NCBI RefSeq assembly: GCF_006345805.1
Contig: NC_043013.1
Coordinates: forward strand, 59,148,001-59,212,000
Direction of reading: 5' to 3'
Source of the DNA: Octopus sinensis
Lineage: Eukaryota
Length of the DNA: 64,000 nucleotides
Below are positions 26,899 to 38,819 of this stretch, piece by piece. How positions within the stretch are numbered: the first letter of the stretch is position 1; each line of letters starts with the position of its first letter. The notes beneath the pieces are model-generated. The model made no database searches and was not told the DNA's origin. It worked only from the letters and a program-made list of their open reading frames with translations. Both the position numbers and the translations under genes were made by a program.

Positions 26899-27222
26899 AA
26901 ATGATTCTCAACCATTTTGTTTTTACATGTGGACTCCTTTGATCACTATTCTATTCTAGCGGGCCCCGAAAGCCATCTGATGTTTAAATACTAGTTTTAT
27001 AGACGCTTCTTTCAAAATACGTATTTTGTTCTTCACACATCAACCAGTTTAGGTTGAACTACGTAAAATGTTAAAGAAAGAAATCAAGTTGTTCCTTGCA
27101 ATAAATACATCTATATGAACATTGTTTCACGAGCCCTTAAAATACTACTGTGGATCCTTAATTTACTATTTTGCTTGCGTGAGCTCCAAAAGTCTTATAT
27201 GGACCCCATTTGAGAACCACTG
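26899..27222. mobile_element. hAT/Charlie-like MITE
   Basis: Termini aaaTGaTTCTCAA / TTGAGAACCACTG with a degenerate 8-bp TSD ATTTAAAC/GTTTAAGC. Confidence 0.6.
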
Positions 27223-27480
27223 GTTTAAGCAACCTTGTAATATTTTTTACATTGTCTTTTCGATTTTCAGAATTATTTAATAGTTTGTTCAACTTCTTCT
27301 CGGTTGTTTCTGACTTGTTCTGAACTACAACAAGCATAGGCAACCTTTTATGAGAAGCAGATTGCATGAAACATGACTTGTCATCAAACGGGTCGCACTA
27401 CTGAAAATAAAAGTAATTTTCTTTGGCGTGCTATTCGGAAAAATCCGTGGATTGCAGGTTGTCCAATGACTGATCTAGAA

Positions 27481-27776
27481 CAATACTACTCAAAGTGGTG
27501 GTCCGCGGACCGGAACCAGCCCGCGAGCCATCAGCTGCTGGTACAACACGGCGAGTTTCCAGAAAAGAAAGAAACATCACAAAATGCTTATGTAATATTG
27601 TATTATTTGTTTACAAAATAAATATAAGATAAAAAAATGGTCAACTCTTATTATATTCATTATATATATTGTTTCCGGTATAAATTAATATTGCTAAGAA
27701 ATATTACTGGTCCCTGGCACACTGAGGGAAAGATAAAACTGCTGGTATTCCACATCAGATAGTTTGAGAAGCACTG
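27481..27776. mobile_element. hAT/Charlie-like MITE
   Basis: Termini CAaTaCTaCTCAAA / TTTGAGAAGCACTG. 8-bp TSD ATCTAGAA/GTCTAGAG, an NTCTAGAN-type target. Confidence 0.7.
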
Positions 27777-28144
27777 GTCTAGAGGATACTCATTGTTGAT
27801 ATGTATGACATAATGCAACAATGCATGGAGTAACGCGGTCAGTTGTTACACCGTTATGATGTTACAGACTATAGATATGCGATGTGAAGTAAGGATGCCC
27901 AATATTCTAAAAGAAAGACAGAACGGAGCAGTCAAGGAAAGTATTCTAAGATGTCTCGTTAACATTCACTTGTTAATAGTAAAAAAAAATGGCGCCTTAT
28001 TACTGCCTCCCTCCTCAATATCTGAAATGTGTGTGTGTGTCTGTGTGTGTGTGTAGGGTCAGGTTTTAGCCAGTCTAATTGATCCATAGACTCAGGAAAC
28101 TAACGAAAGCTTAATTTCTTTCTAATCCATTTTCCCTAATTTAG

Positions 28145-28246
28145 GATCTGGCATCTTCATTTCGCCGAAGGGCGTTCTTGAAGCCAGCAAGTCTGTTGGT
28201 TTGACCATGATTGTATGGCTTGGATGTGGTGTCATTACCATGCTCT
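28145..28246 (+). CDS. SLC7A9: SLC7A9-like exon 2
   Basis: tttag|GA TCT GGC ATC TTC ... ATG CTC T|gtgagt. Encodes (G)[33 protein letters not shown] with the TM1 GSG motif. 102 nt, phase 1-1. Confidence 0.95.
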
Positions 28247-29214
28247 GTGAGTACTTGCTTTATTTTTTTTTTTTGTTCTCTGTTTTTCTCTCGTTCTCTC
28301 TCTTTTTTTCTCTCTCCCTCTTTCAATCTCTCTCTCTCACTCTTTCTTACTCTTTAATCTATTTCCAGCATTCTAAATTCTTCAGTAATACACAATTTTA
28401 TCATAGTGTGTGTGTTAACTAAAGTACTGAGAAAATAGGCGAGTGAGAAATGGCTTTAAATGTTTACACCTAATAAACCTAGATCTAGCCACACTCTTTT
28501 TTTTTTTGCCTTTTCTACCTGGGTAGTTGGGTATTAAAAGCTGCAGAGAACTGCTGCAATCAAACACTTGTCTGACGATGCTGAAAAGAGCTCAATGTCG
28601 ATATAGGCGAAGAAACATGACCAGGAGACCTAGTTATGGATTCCATTGGTTATTTACGGGAATAAGAAAAGAACTGGGTCCTTCTTCGCTCAGAATGGCC
28701 TAGTGGGCTGAAACTCAGACCTGGGAACACGGGTTCACAAAAAGAACGACCCAGGTTCAAATCCCGCTTGAGACAAGATTTTGGAAAGTAGTAGGAGGAA
28801 ACCTAGGAGTCGTAAAGTGGGTGGGCCCGGCTCCCGTAGAGTGTCATGTATAAGGGCTGAAACGCTTGTTGGATGGGAGTTCTTCCTCTAAAGATCTCTC
28901 TAGCTTTGTGTTCACCCTGCGGCGAGTCTGTTCCTATTTTTTAGTTTCACGTGGAAGCTCATTATATATGTGTGTGCATGTTTGTGTTTATGCATGTATG
29001 TGCCTGTTTGTATATGTGCATGTGTGTTTATGTATATGTGTGTGTTTATGTATGTTTGTTTATATATGTATGTATGTTTATATATGTATGTGTGTTTATG
29101 TGTGTATGTACGCGTTTTTATGTATGTATGTGTGGGTGCTTATGTATGTATGTGTGTGCTTATGTATGTGTGCTGTATTGACTCTGCCAATTTGCTTCCT
29201 TCGTGTGTGTGTGT

Positions 29215-29250
<36 letters not shown>

Positions 29251-29351
29251 AAAGAAAATAAGATGACAAAGGAATTACATTAGCTTACAGCTGTTTCTGC
29301 TGCAAGACATAGTGGAGTCATAGTTAAGTGCTTTGTTTTGAAGCATATGTA

Positions 29352-29919
29352 CTGGCTTGTCCGGAAAGTTCGTGCCGATTTTTAAAGGAAAGAAAAAGGT
29401 CAATAAATACATGCCATTACATTTTTAAATCAATCAAATATGAACCATTTTGTTACACAATGTCTCTCCATCTTTCCTTTAACTTGAAAATACCCTCTTC
29501 CCAGATTTGAGGTGATTCCATGGCAAAGAATTCATCAAGGTATCTTTTTACATCATCTAAGGAATTGAAATTTTTACCATTAAGACTATTCTGCAGAGAC
29601 CTGAATAAGTGGAAATCCGAACGAGCAATATCTGGTGATTATGGAGGGTGGGATAACACATCCCAGCCGAGCTGCAGCAATTTTTGTCTGGTTCCCAAAT
29701 CATCAAAGTGCCGAAAACGAACTTTCTTATCTTCCATTTTAAAGGGTTACAGAATTAACACAAGTTATAGGAACATAAAACTTCTTCCACGAAAAGATAG
29801 CTTAAACTGTGCTCTAAATGGAGGTGTAGTCAAATCCTATTTTATGGACTCAACCATGTTCTAAAATAAGTCGAAATGTAAGCTACTATAAATCGGCATG
29901 AACTTTCCGGACAACCCAA
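29352..29919 (-). mobile_element. Non-autonomous mariner deletion derivative
   Basis: TIRs ..TTGTCCGGAAAGTTCGTGCCGATTT / AAATCGGCATGAACTTTCCGGACAACCCAA with TA flanks. Retains the transposase C-terminus. Confidence 0.88.
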
Positions 29920-32585
29920 TACATTGAGATCTCTACTAGGTTATTAATCTCACAATGCATGAATATATTGTCTTGTAATCTCACAATACAATATATATAT
30001 ATATATATGTGGGTATATATGCTTCTTTTCATTTTTTTTACTAGTTTTACATGTCTATTCTCAAGATTGTGTAGGTGAGATCTTTTATCTATTTTCTTGT
30101 TTCAGTCATTGGACTGTGACCATGCTGGGGCACCACCTTGAAATGTTTTTTAGTTGAACACATTACCCTCAGTACTTATGTTTTTTTTTATCCTTTTTTT
30201 TAAATTCGTGTAATTATTCTATCAGTTTCTTTTGTGAACTGCTAACTGATGATCTTCAATATACCAGCAGCAGTTGTTGAGCAATGGGTTGGAAGGTTGG
30301 TGACAAATAAAGACAGAAAAATAAACACTCTCATATAATGGGCTTCCACACAGTTTCTATCTACCAAATTTACTTACAAAATGTTGATTGGCCTGGGGTT
30401 TTAGTAAAAGACACTTGATCAAAGTGTTGTGCCTTGGCATTGAACCTGAAACCACGTGGTTGTAAAGTGAGCTTCTTAACCACAGTCATATTTGTGCCTA
30501 TATATATTATCGTGGTATCAACCAGACAATCAGATGTTGTTACACATCGCTAGTCACAATGTGCTTCACATCATTTTGGGCTTCCACACAGTTTCCATCT
30601 ACCAAATTTACTTACAAAATATTGATTGGCCTGGGGTTTTAGGAAAAGACACTTGATCATCATTTTAGCATTTGAACGATGCCACCCCACTGGTTGGGTG
30701 AGCAGACCGACATTGCATTTGATCAGAAGACTAATTCATCACGGGGTTAACAATTCACAGCTGAGTGAACTGGAGCAATGTGAAATGAAGTGTTATGCTC
30801 AAGAACACAATATGCAGAGTTGGTCTGACAAGTGAAATCAAGAACTCTCAATTGTGGGTCAACATCCTTTACCACTAAATCACATACCTTCATGTACGTA
30901 TTTCACCTTTTAAAATTTCTTAATATGCTTCTCATAGTCAACCACTCAGTTTGTAAAATCGACAATATAAGCCATTTTAAATTAGCTTGGGTAGGCAAAC
31001 AGGATCAATTAAATAAGATGTGCTTTGTTTTCTTACTTCTTTACTACTTCTTTGTGAGCCAAACGACATACAAGATTACTCAGCATTTACGAAGTTGCAT
31101 ACTGTTTGTGTACAATAGTATACAGGCCATTACTGTTGCATGCAATGGTAATGTGGTTGTAACATGGCTGAAAATATAAACAGGCTTGTTTCCATAGATG
31201 CAAGCATGGCTGTATGGGTAAGAAATACACTTTGTAACCACATGGTTTTGGGTTCAGTCCCACTGCACAATACTTTGTCCAAGTGTCTTATACTGTAGCC
31301 CCAGGCTGACCAATGTCTTTGGGTTAGAAAATGTCTGTGAATTTGGTAGATGGAAACTGTTTGGAAGTCTGCTATGTGTGTGTGTGTGTGTGTGTGTGGG
31401 TGATCTTTTTTTCCACCACTGCTTGACAACCAGTGTTGGCTTATTTATGTCTCTGGGAAACAAGCAGTTTTCAAAAGAGACCAATAGTATCAGTACCAGA
31501 CTTAAAAACGATAAGTACTGGGGTTAGTTTGTTTGGCTAAATACTTTCAGTCAGTGGCTCAGAATGACTGCAGTCCAATGACTTAAGATAAAAGCTAATC
31601 TCAAAGTCCTGGGTTCTATCCAACTGAGGGGCACCATGGGCAAGTGTCATTTATCATGACATTGAGTGACGCCAGATTTTGTGAATAAAAATATGAAGAC
31701 AGAAACTGTGTGAAAAGTTTTGGGGATGATTGTTACTTGTGATTTAATCCTTTGGTCTTCGGATTCCTCTGTCAGATGTAATGCTTATTTATTCCCATTG
31801 CCAAAACAGACCATGGAACCTGGTGTGACACCTGGCCTTGTCAGCTCCTGTCAAAATGTCCAATCCATGCCAGCATGGAAAACAGATAATGATGATCATG
31901 TTGATATTTTGAATTAATTATGCATTGTCTTGTAATTTTGAGATTTTGATTACGTGATTCGTTATTTTTAGAATGACATTGTAGGGTAGGTGTGAGAGGC
32001 TGGATCTGGTCAATTTGAACAGAAAACAGGTAGAATATTTGAGCTGGATTTGGATGGTTTCAATGTCAAAAGGATTAAAAATCTACCCTTGTCTTACACC
32101 ATGTCGTGCTCACTCTGTCCAAAGATTATTTTAAGGTACACATGTTTCTGTGGAATACTCAGTCACTTAAGTGCTAATTCAATGAGCAAGTAGTTTAATT
32201 GACTGAATGAACAAAGAGTCATCATTGAAGATATCATTGTTAGAATCTTTTTGTCTCGGAAGACAAGGAGTTGCGCATAAACTAAACCAGTCCGGGTTTT
32301 ACATTTCATGTCCTCTCCAGTTTCCTCTTCAGTTTTGCGCAGACCTATGCTAGATGTAAGAAAATCCTGGGTAGTCCAATCGTCAGGATTCTTCGATCGA
32401 CCTTGCTGATGTAGTCCGAAGAAGCGCAAAGCATTACGTTTGGCACCAGCTTGGTTGCAGGAGCTACTGGAAGAGTGTTGAGTCGAACACTAAACCACCA
32501 ACGGTGCTCCTCTCTGGATTTGTTTTAAGGTTGTCTCCTTTCCATAACCCTGGATAACCCTTGTCTTGTCAATATATATATATGT

Positions 32586-33243
32586 ATATACCAGAGATAA
32601 GGAAACCATGATGGTCCTCTGGCGGACATTCATCCTCAGCCGCCTGGATTACTGCTCACAGCTATGGTCACCCACCAGTGTAAAGTTAACAGCGGACCTT
32701 GAGGCAATCCAGAGAAGATTCACAAAGAAGTTTGTCTCTTTGGAACAGCTCAGCTACTGGGAAAGGTTGAAACAGCTAAGACTCTACTCCCTAGAGAGAA
32801 GACTGGAGAGGTATGCAGTAATATATGTCTGGAAGATCCTGGAAAGAATTGTGCCAAATTTTGGCATTGCAAGCTACTCCAATGCTAGAACGAGACGACA
32901 CTGCATAGTGCCAAAGATCCCAGCAATGCCATCACGCTTCAGGACCAGTTTCTTCAACAGCCTGGGTTTCAAGGGCCCACAGATTTTTAATATTCTCCCA
33001 AAGAGTCTGAGGAACTTGCACAAAGTAGATGTAGCAGTTTTAAAATCAAAGCCGGACATCTTCCTGTCGAGAGTCCCCGATGAACCAACCTCACGGCAAG
33101 AGGTGCAAATGAGAATAGCTATGTAAAACTCCATTCTTCACCAGGTGCCACATATTAGAGGAGGTTCTTCGTAATAACAGTGTAGCACAAAACGGCGGGG
33201 CATCAGCATGGCCGCAGCTCTGAGCTGAAACAAGCAAAACAAA
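32586..33243 (+). mobile_element. CR1/L2-group LINE 3' end
   Basis: FILSRLDYCSQLWSP...LEAIQRRFTK...LSYWERLKQLRLYSLERR...GPQIFNILP. 3' terminus CAGCATGGCCGCAGCTCTGAGCTGAAACAAG. Confidence 0.88.
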
Positions 33244-33265
33244 ATATATATATATATATATATGT

Positions 33266-33313
<48 letters not shown>

Positions 33314-33476
33314 CATATGTGTATATATATGTTATATATATTATAATATATATATATATATAATTATATATATATATTATATATATATATATATATTATA
33401 CATATGTGTATTATATGTATATATATATGTATATATATGTATATTATATTATATTTATATGTATATATATATATGT

Positions 33477-33566
<90 letters not shown>

Positions 33567-33755
33567 GATGAGTGTATTTTTACCTTGTTAACAATTAACA
33601 CGGAAAAATAAATAAATAGTTACCAGGGCAGCAAAAATCTCACAAGTAAAGATGTAACTCCTTGTTTATAAAGGTTGAAACTTCGTATTTACATTGAATA
33701 TTTTGAATAATATGAATAAAAAATGGGGTTAACGCAGGTTTAAACAAGTATTTTT

Positions 33756-33841
33756 ACTTTCGACACATGTTTCGAAAATTCCACTGATACTATTCAAAAG
33801 AATAAATGGTATAAACAATGCAATCTTCTCTTCGGGAAAGT
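33756..33841 (-). ncRNA. Hammerhead motif, CCGAAGA core, long stem II
   Basis: ACUUUC-CCGAAGA-GAAGAUU...AAUUUUC-GAAA-CAUGUG-UC-GAAAGU. GUC cleavage site. Confidence 0.7.
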
Positions 33842-34589
33842 GAAAAAACGAAACTCGTCAATACGACATTTTAGCAAAAAATGATGGATTTGTATAGCGA
33901 TAGACAGAACGCTATTAATATTGTTTAAAAAAACGTTATATGATATAACGTCATAAGTAGTTAACAGAAAGAGTAGGGATATTATAGTGAATGTTAAATA
34001 TAAAGGAAATTAAAGTTTAAATTATATATAATGATAGAGACTACTTATATGCACTAAATGTATGTTTCTGCCAATGCTTACATCTGTATGCTCGTTCTAT
34101 AACCGTGTTTACTAGAGTATTTTTAGAAAAATATAAAAAAGCTCAGAATTGCAGAGAAGACAGAATTTCTTGCCTTTGTCATATGGTATCGAAATTGAGA
34201 GGATCAACCATTCTAAATGAAATTGTTCATTGTGGTCTTTTAAATCCCAAATCAGTTTGCTGAGACCGGTACTATTCCGTTTATTTCTATCCCTAATGTT
34301 GAGTAATGGATAGAAATTCTTTTAGATAACTCTAACGATGTGCTTCCAATGTAAAATCGTACTTTATTACGAGTACTGATTATACACTGGTATATAGAAT
34401 TTTAATCTTAGAGTTACTTGACATAAATTTAATTCTATTGCAATTGACTTCAGATACAATAACCTTGTTATTAATATTTCTAGAGGGTTGGATGGTATTA
34501 GCTAAATTAATGTTAGTATTAGTAAATGTATTAATATTTAACAGTTTGTTATTATGAGAAGATATAATTTGCAAGAGATTTTTTTTTTC

Positions 34590-34677
34590 ACTTTCCCGAA
34601 GAGAAGATTGCATTGTTTATATACCATTTATTCTTTTGAATAGTATCAGTGGAATTTTCGAAACATGTGTCGAAAGT
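34590..34677 (+). ncRNA. Hammerhead motif, CCGAAGA core (inverted copy)
   Basis: ACTTTC-CCGAAGA-GAAGATT...AATTTTC-GAAA-CATGTG-TC-GAAAGT. Confidence 0.7.
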
Positions 34678-34722
34678 AAAAATACTTGTTTAAACCTGCG
34701 TTAACTCCATTTTTTATTCATA

Positions 34723-34760
<38 letters not shown>

Positions 34761-35023
34761 TATTTACATATATATACATATAAATGTGCCGGTGTCACGT
34801 AAAAAGCACCATCCGATTGTGGCCGTTTGCCAACCTGTGCAGGTGGCACGTAAAAAGCACCCACTACACTCACGGAGTGGTTGGTGTTAGGAAGGGCATC
34901 CAGCTGTAGAAACACTGCCAGATCAGACTGGGCCTGGTACAGCCTTCTGGCTTCCCAGACCCCAGTTGAACCGCCCAAGCCATGCTAGCATGGAAAACGG
35001 ACGTTAAATGATGATGATGATGA

Positions 35024-35123
<100 letters not shown>

Positions 35124-36433
35124 TATATATATATATATATATAAATGTGGCTGTCCATGCATACAGGCATGAACTCTACACCCTTCTCTCAGTCAGGAGA
35201 TCCTAGTCTTGCAGGTTCCTGGGTGTTGGTGTCATGAAAAAGCACCCAGTACTCTCTGTAAAGTGGTTGGCATTAGGAAAGGCATCCAGGCATAGAAACC
35301 ATGCCAAAACACGCAAGTGGAGCCCAGGCAGTTCTTCTGCTGGCAAGCTCAAGCCAAACCATCCAATCCCTGACAGTATGGAGAATGGATGTTAAAAGAT
35401 GAAAATATATATGTACGTGAATGTGTATGATGGTTGTAAATGAGCATCACTGTCATACAAGCGATGTTGTTCAATTCCAGTATTCCATGGAAACAAGGAG
35501 AGTAACTGGCCATAGAAAATCTCCTCCAACAAAAACTTTCTATTCCATGTGAGTATGGTAGTCATTAAATAATGAAGGAAAAAATCAGGAACTCATGAGG
35601 AGAGCACAGTCAAACGCAAGTATTTGACTGGTTCAATCTTCCAAGGTTTATAAAATAAAGTACGTTATCAACTTTGGAAGGATGAAAGCTAAGTTGATCT
35701 AGGTGGGATTTGAACTCAGACTGTAAAGAGCTGGAATAAATGCAAGTAGCTGGGTAAAAAATTAGTTTTTTATTGGTCCGGGTTGGTTATCTTATCAAAT
35801 CTGAAGGCTTGAAAGACAGGGGTAAACCCAGCAAATTTTGAACTTAGAATGTAAAAGTGACTTGATTGCTTATTACAATATATCTAACCCCTCATTCATC
35901 CTAAACATTAACCCCTTCCGTCAAACCCACCACCTTTCTTGGTCTTCCTTAACCCTTTGGCATTTAATCTGACGATATTGAGCACAAATATTCTACCTGT
36001 TTTATGTTAAAACTGCCCGGATCTGGTCTCTCTCACCTACCCTGCAATGTCATTCTAAAAATATACAAACGCACCATTGAGGTGTTGAAGCTACAAGATA
36101 ATATGTGATTAATTCAAGACAATGTGAATAAATAAGCATTACTTTTGACAAAGAAACCTGAATGCTGAAAGGTGTATGATTACTATTTCATTGGCTAATT
36201 TATAAATGTTTTATTAAGGCATAGTCAATTCAGTTTCCAATGATAGTAATAGTCTTCCCCAAAATTTCAGACACAAGGCCTGGGAAGTGGGTTAGTCGAT
36301 TAAACTGACTTCAATTCCTGAAAGAGTGAAAGGCAAAGTTGATCTTGGCAGGATTTGAACCCAGGATATCAAGAGCCAAAAGAAATGCAGCAAATCATTT
36401 TATCTGATTCACTAATGATTTTTCTACCTTGTA

Positions 36434-36470
<37 letters not shown>

Positions 36471-36504
36471 TAATAATAATAATAATAATAATATAATAAT
36501 AATA

Positions 36505-37955
36505 ATAGATAGGAAAACAAGAAAAATAATGACAGGATCTAGGATGCATCACCCAAAATCTGACATAGAAAGACTATATATACAACGTATAGAAGGTGGT
36601 AGAGGCCTTATACAGCTGAAAAAACTACTATAAAATAACCACCGTAGGACTGCAAAAATATCTACTTCAGAAGGAAGGAAAACTGATCCAGATAGCAGCA
36701 AAACACGAGCAAAACAAAAAACTATTCTCAGTATTTAAGGAAGCTGACAAATACAAACAAGAAATCATACCACCTAATAAATATGAAGAAGAAGAAGAAG
36801 AAGAAGAAGAAGAAGAAGAAGAAGAAGAAGAAGAAGAAGAAGAAGAAGAAGAAGAAGAAGAAGAAGAAGAAGAAGAAGAAGAAGAAGAAGAAGAAGAAGA
36901 AGAAGAAGAAGAAGAAGAAGAAAAGAAGAAGAAGAAGAAGAAGAAGAAGAAGAAGAAGAAGAAGAAGAAGAAAAGAAAAGAAGAAGAAGAAGAAGAAGAA
37001 GAAGAAGAAGAAGATGAAGAAACAACAAAGCTATAAGACAAATGAAATCCAAACTAAAAACAGAACAGCAACGAACCATGATAAACGATGGCAAGAAAAA
37101 CCCCTTCATGGTAAATACTGGACTAAACTAAACGCAAAAGAAATAGACAAAGAAAAATTCCAGCAATGGTTGAGAAGCTCAGGACTCAAAGCAGAAACAG
37201 AGGGATTTTTAATTGCAGCACAAGACCAAAGCCTCCCCACCAGAAATTACCAAAAACATGTAATGAAAAGAAATATAACAAGTAACTGCAGAATATGTGG
37301 AGATGGACAAGAAACAATAAATCATATTATCTCTAGCTGCCCAGTCCTGGCTAAGAAGGAATATATTCACAGACATGACAGAGTTGGAACCTACATACAC
37401 TGGAAGCTATGCCAACATTATGGAATAACAACAGAAAAAAGATGGTATAGGCACACACCAGAAAAGGTCACAGAAAACGAGAAAGCAACCATACTCTGGG
37501 ATATGCCGATACACACAGATAGAGAAATTAAGGCCAACAGACCAGATATAGTTGTCAGAGATCATGAAGAAAAAAAATGCTTTCTAATTGATGTATCAAT
37601 ACCGGCAGATGACAACGTTTCTCTAAAAGAAATGGAAAAACTTTCAAAATACAAAGACCTGGAAATAGAGGTAACCAGAATGTGGAATCTAAAAACAGAA
37701 ACAATTCCTATCATAGTAGGTGCATTAGGCATGATAAAAAAATATTCAGACAAATACATAACAAAAACACCAGGACTTACAAACACATATAACATACAGA
37801 AAATTGCACTACTAGGCACTGCACACATCCTACGCAGAACACTTTCCATACAGTAACCATCAGAAAATCACAACAAATCACAGCACATACCTAAGGCACA
37901 CAGAGCTGCGCTCGGTAGTGAAGTGAAAGCACGCTATAAAAATAAAACTACTGAA
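36505..37955 (+). mobile_element. R4/Dong-like RLE non-LTR retrotransposon (5'-truncated) in (TAA)n
   Basis: IDRKTRK...HPKSDIERLY..R.EGGRGL, CCHC knuckle CRIC...ETINHIISSC, RHD, and PD-(D/E)xK-type RPDIV...LIDVSIP...K.SKY. (AAT)n tracts on both sides. Confidence 0.9.
36785..37020 (+). repeat. (GAA)n microsatellite, ~235 bp
   Basis: Near-pure GAA array inside the retrotransposon coding region. Confidence 0.97.
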
Positions 37956-38026
37956 TAATTATAATAATTATAATAATAATAATAATAATATTAATAATTT
38001 TATAACTATTGTGTCTTCTTTTACAG

Positions 38027-38269
38027 CTTCCTTATCATATGTAGAATTGGGAACCTTTATTACTAAGTCTGGCGGAGAATTTGCATATATCTTACACGGT
38101 CTTCCAGCAGTGTTGGCATTCTTGTGCAGTTGGTGTACGGCTTTAATCATCAGACCGTCAGCAATCGCTGTGAGCAGCCTGGTTTTTGCTGAATATGTAG
38201 CTTCTCCCATCTTCGATTCATGTGGACCACCAGTTGTCTTTGTGAAATGTTTGGCTGCAGCAGCAATCA
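38027..38269 (+). CDS. SLC7A9: SLC7A9-like exon 3
   Basis: ttacag|CT ... ATC A|gtaagt. Encodes SSLSYVELGTFITKSGGEFAYI...IIRPS...FAEY...PIFDSCGPP...LAAAAI, including the Cys that links LAT light chains to the SLC3 heavy chain. 243 nt. Confidence 0.96.
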
Positions 38270-38402
38270 GTAAGTTCATTGACGCATGATAACAGGCTTG
38301 CACGCATACATACATACACACAAGTGTATGTATGTATGTATGTATGTATGTATGTATATATATATATGTAAATGTAATATGTGACAATTATTCGGTAGCC
38401 AT

Positions 38403-38463
38403 GATAAAACTCTGAGTTTCGGATGTCGGGGCAGAAACCCATGCCGCCATCTCTTCAATTATC
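38403..38463 (-). ncRNA. Hammerhead motif, UUGAAGA core (PLE family A)
   Basis: GAUAA-UUGAAGA-GAUG...CAUCC-GAAA-CUCAGAG-UU-UUAUC. Confidence 0.65.
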
Positions 38464-38635
38464 CGGCCATAGGAAAGAATGCTATGAAAATGACTGTTAA
38501 ACAAAGAGAAATTACTATGTGATTGACCGTTATTAAGACGTCATTCTAATAGCTTTTTTGTCTTAATATTGGTCAATTACACAGTAATATCCCCTTGTTT
38601 AACGGTCATTTTCATAGCATTCTTTCCGATGACTA

Positions 38636-38696
38636 GATGACTGAAGAGATGGCGGCATGGGTATCTGCCCCAACATCCGAAACTCAGAGTTTCATC
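38636..38696 (+). ncRNA. Hammerhead motif, canonical CUGAAGA core (PLE family A)
   Basis: GATGA-CTGAAGA-GATG...CATCC-GAAA-CTCAGAG-TT-TCATC. Stem I shows a compensatory change relative to the GATAA/TTATC copies. Confidence 0.8.
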
Positions 38697-38819
38697 ATGG
38701 CTATTGAATAATTGTCACATATTACATTTACAAATAAATTCCTCTATTTACATAATATCAATGCCTCTTCCATTCTTTTGTTGTCTTACCATTTCTATCA
38801 ATATAAATATATATATATA

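Larger units (their letters stand above)
26263..27995 (+). repeat. ~105-bp direct repeat pair (26263-26366 and 27891-27995)
   Basis: AAGGATGCCCAATATTCTAAAAGAAAGACAG...GGAGCAGTCAAGGAAAGTATTCTAAGATGTCTCGT...AAAATGGCGC occurs on both sides of exon 1. Confidence 0.9.
33560..34722 (-). mobile_element. Penelope-like element relic with inverted pLTR
   Basis: Broken GIY-YIG tail on minus (LSKLIWDLKDHNEQFHLEWLIL..SIPYDKGKKFCLLCNSE, ~34140-34270). Region 33710-33848 is inverted at 34583-34722. Confidence 0.8.
38369..38800. repeat. Inverted pair of PLE family A termini
   Basis: 38369-38540 and ~38555-38731 are reverse-complement homologues and match 21080-21330. Located about 100 nt after exon 3. Confidence 0.85.

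Noticed and set aside
28566-28625. Hammerhead motif CTGACGA...GAAA-CATG
   Set aside because: The UH position reads AC and stems I and II are poor; at best a decayed copy.
28690-28772. tRNA gene (TGGCCTAGTGG ... GGTTCAAATCCCG)
   Set aside because: A and B boxes are present, but I could not build a cloverleaf. It is more likely a SINE-type head, as are the other A/B-box hits.
29283-29298. Half hammerhead (minus GAAA-CAGCUG-UA-AGC)
   Set aside because: No matching CUGANGA or stem I found; the region is interrupted by a mariner insertion.
36783-37856. 357-aa ORF with poly-K/R N-terminus as a host protein
   Set aside because: The poly-K/R is the (GAA)n array read off-frame, and the remainder is a retrotransposon endonuclease domain.
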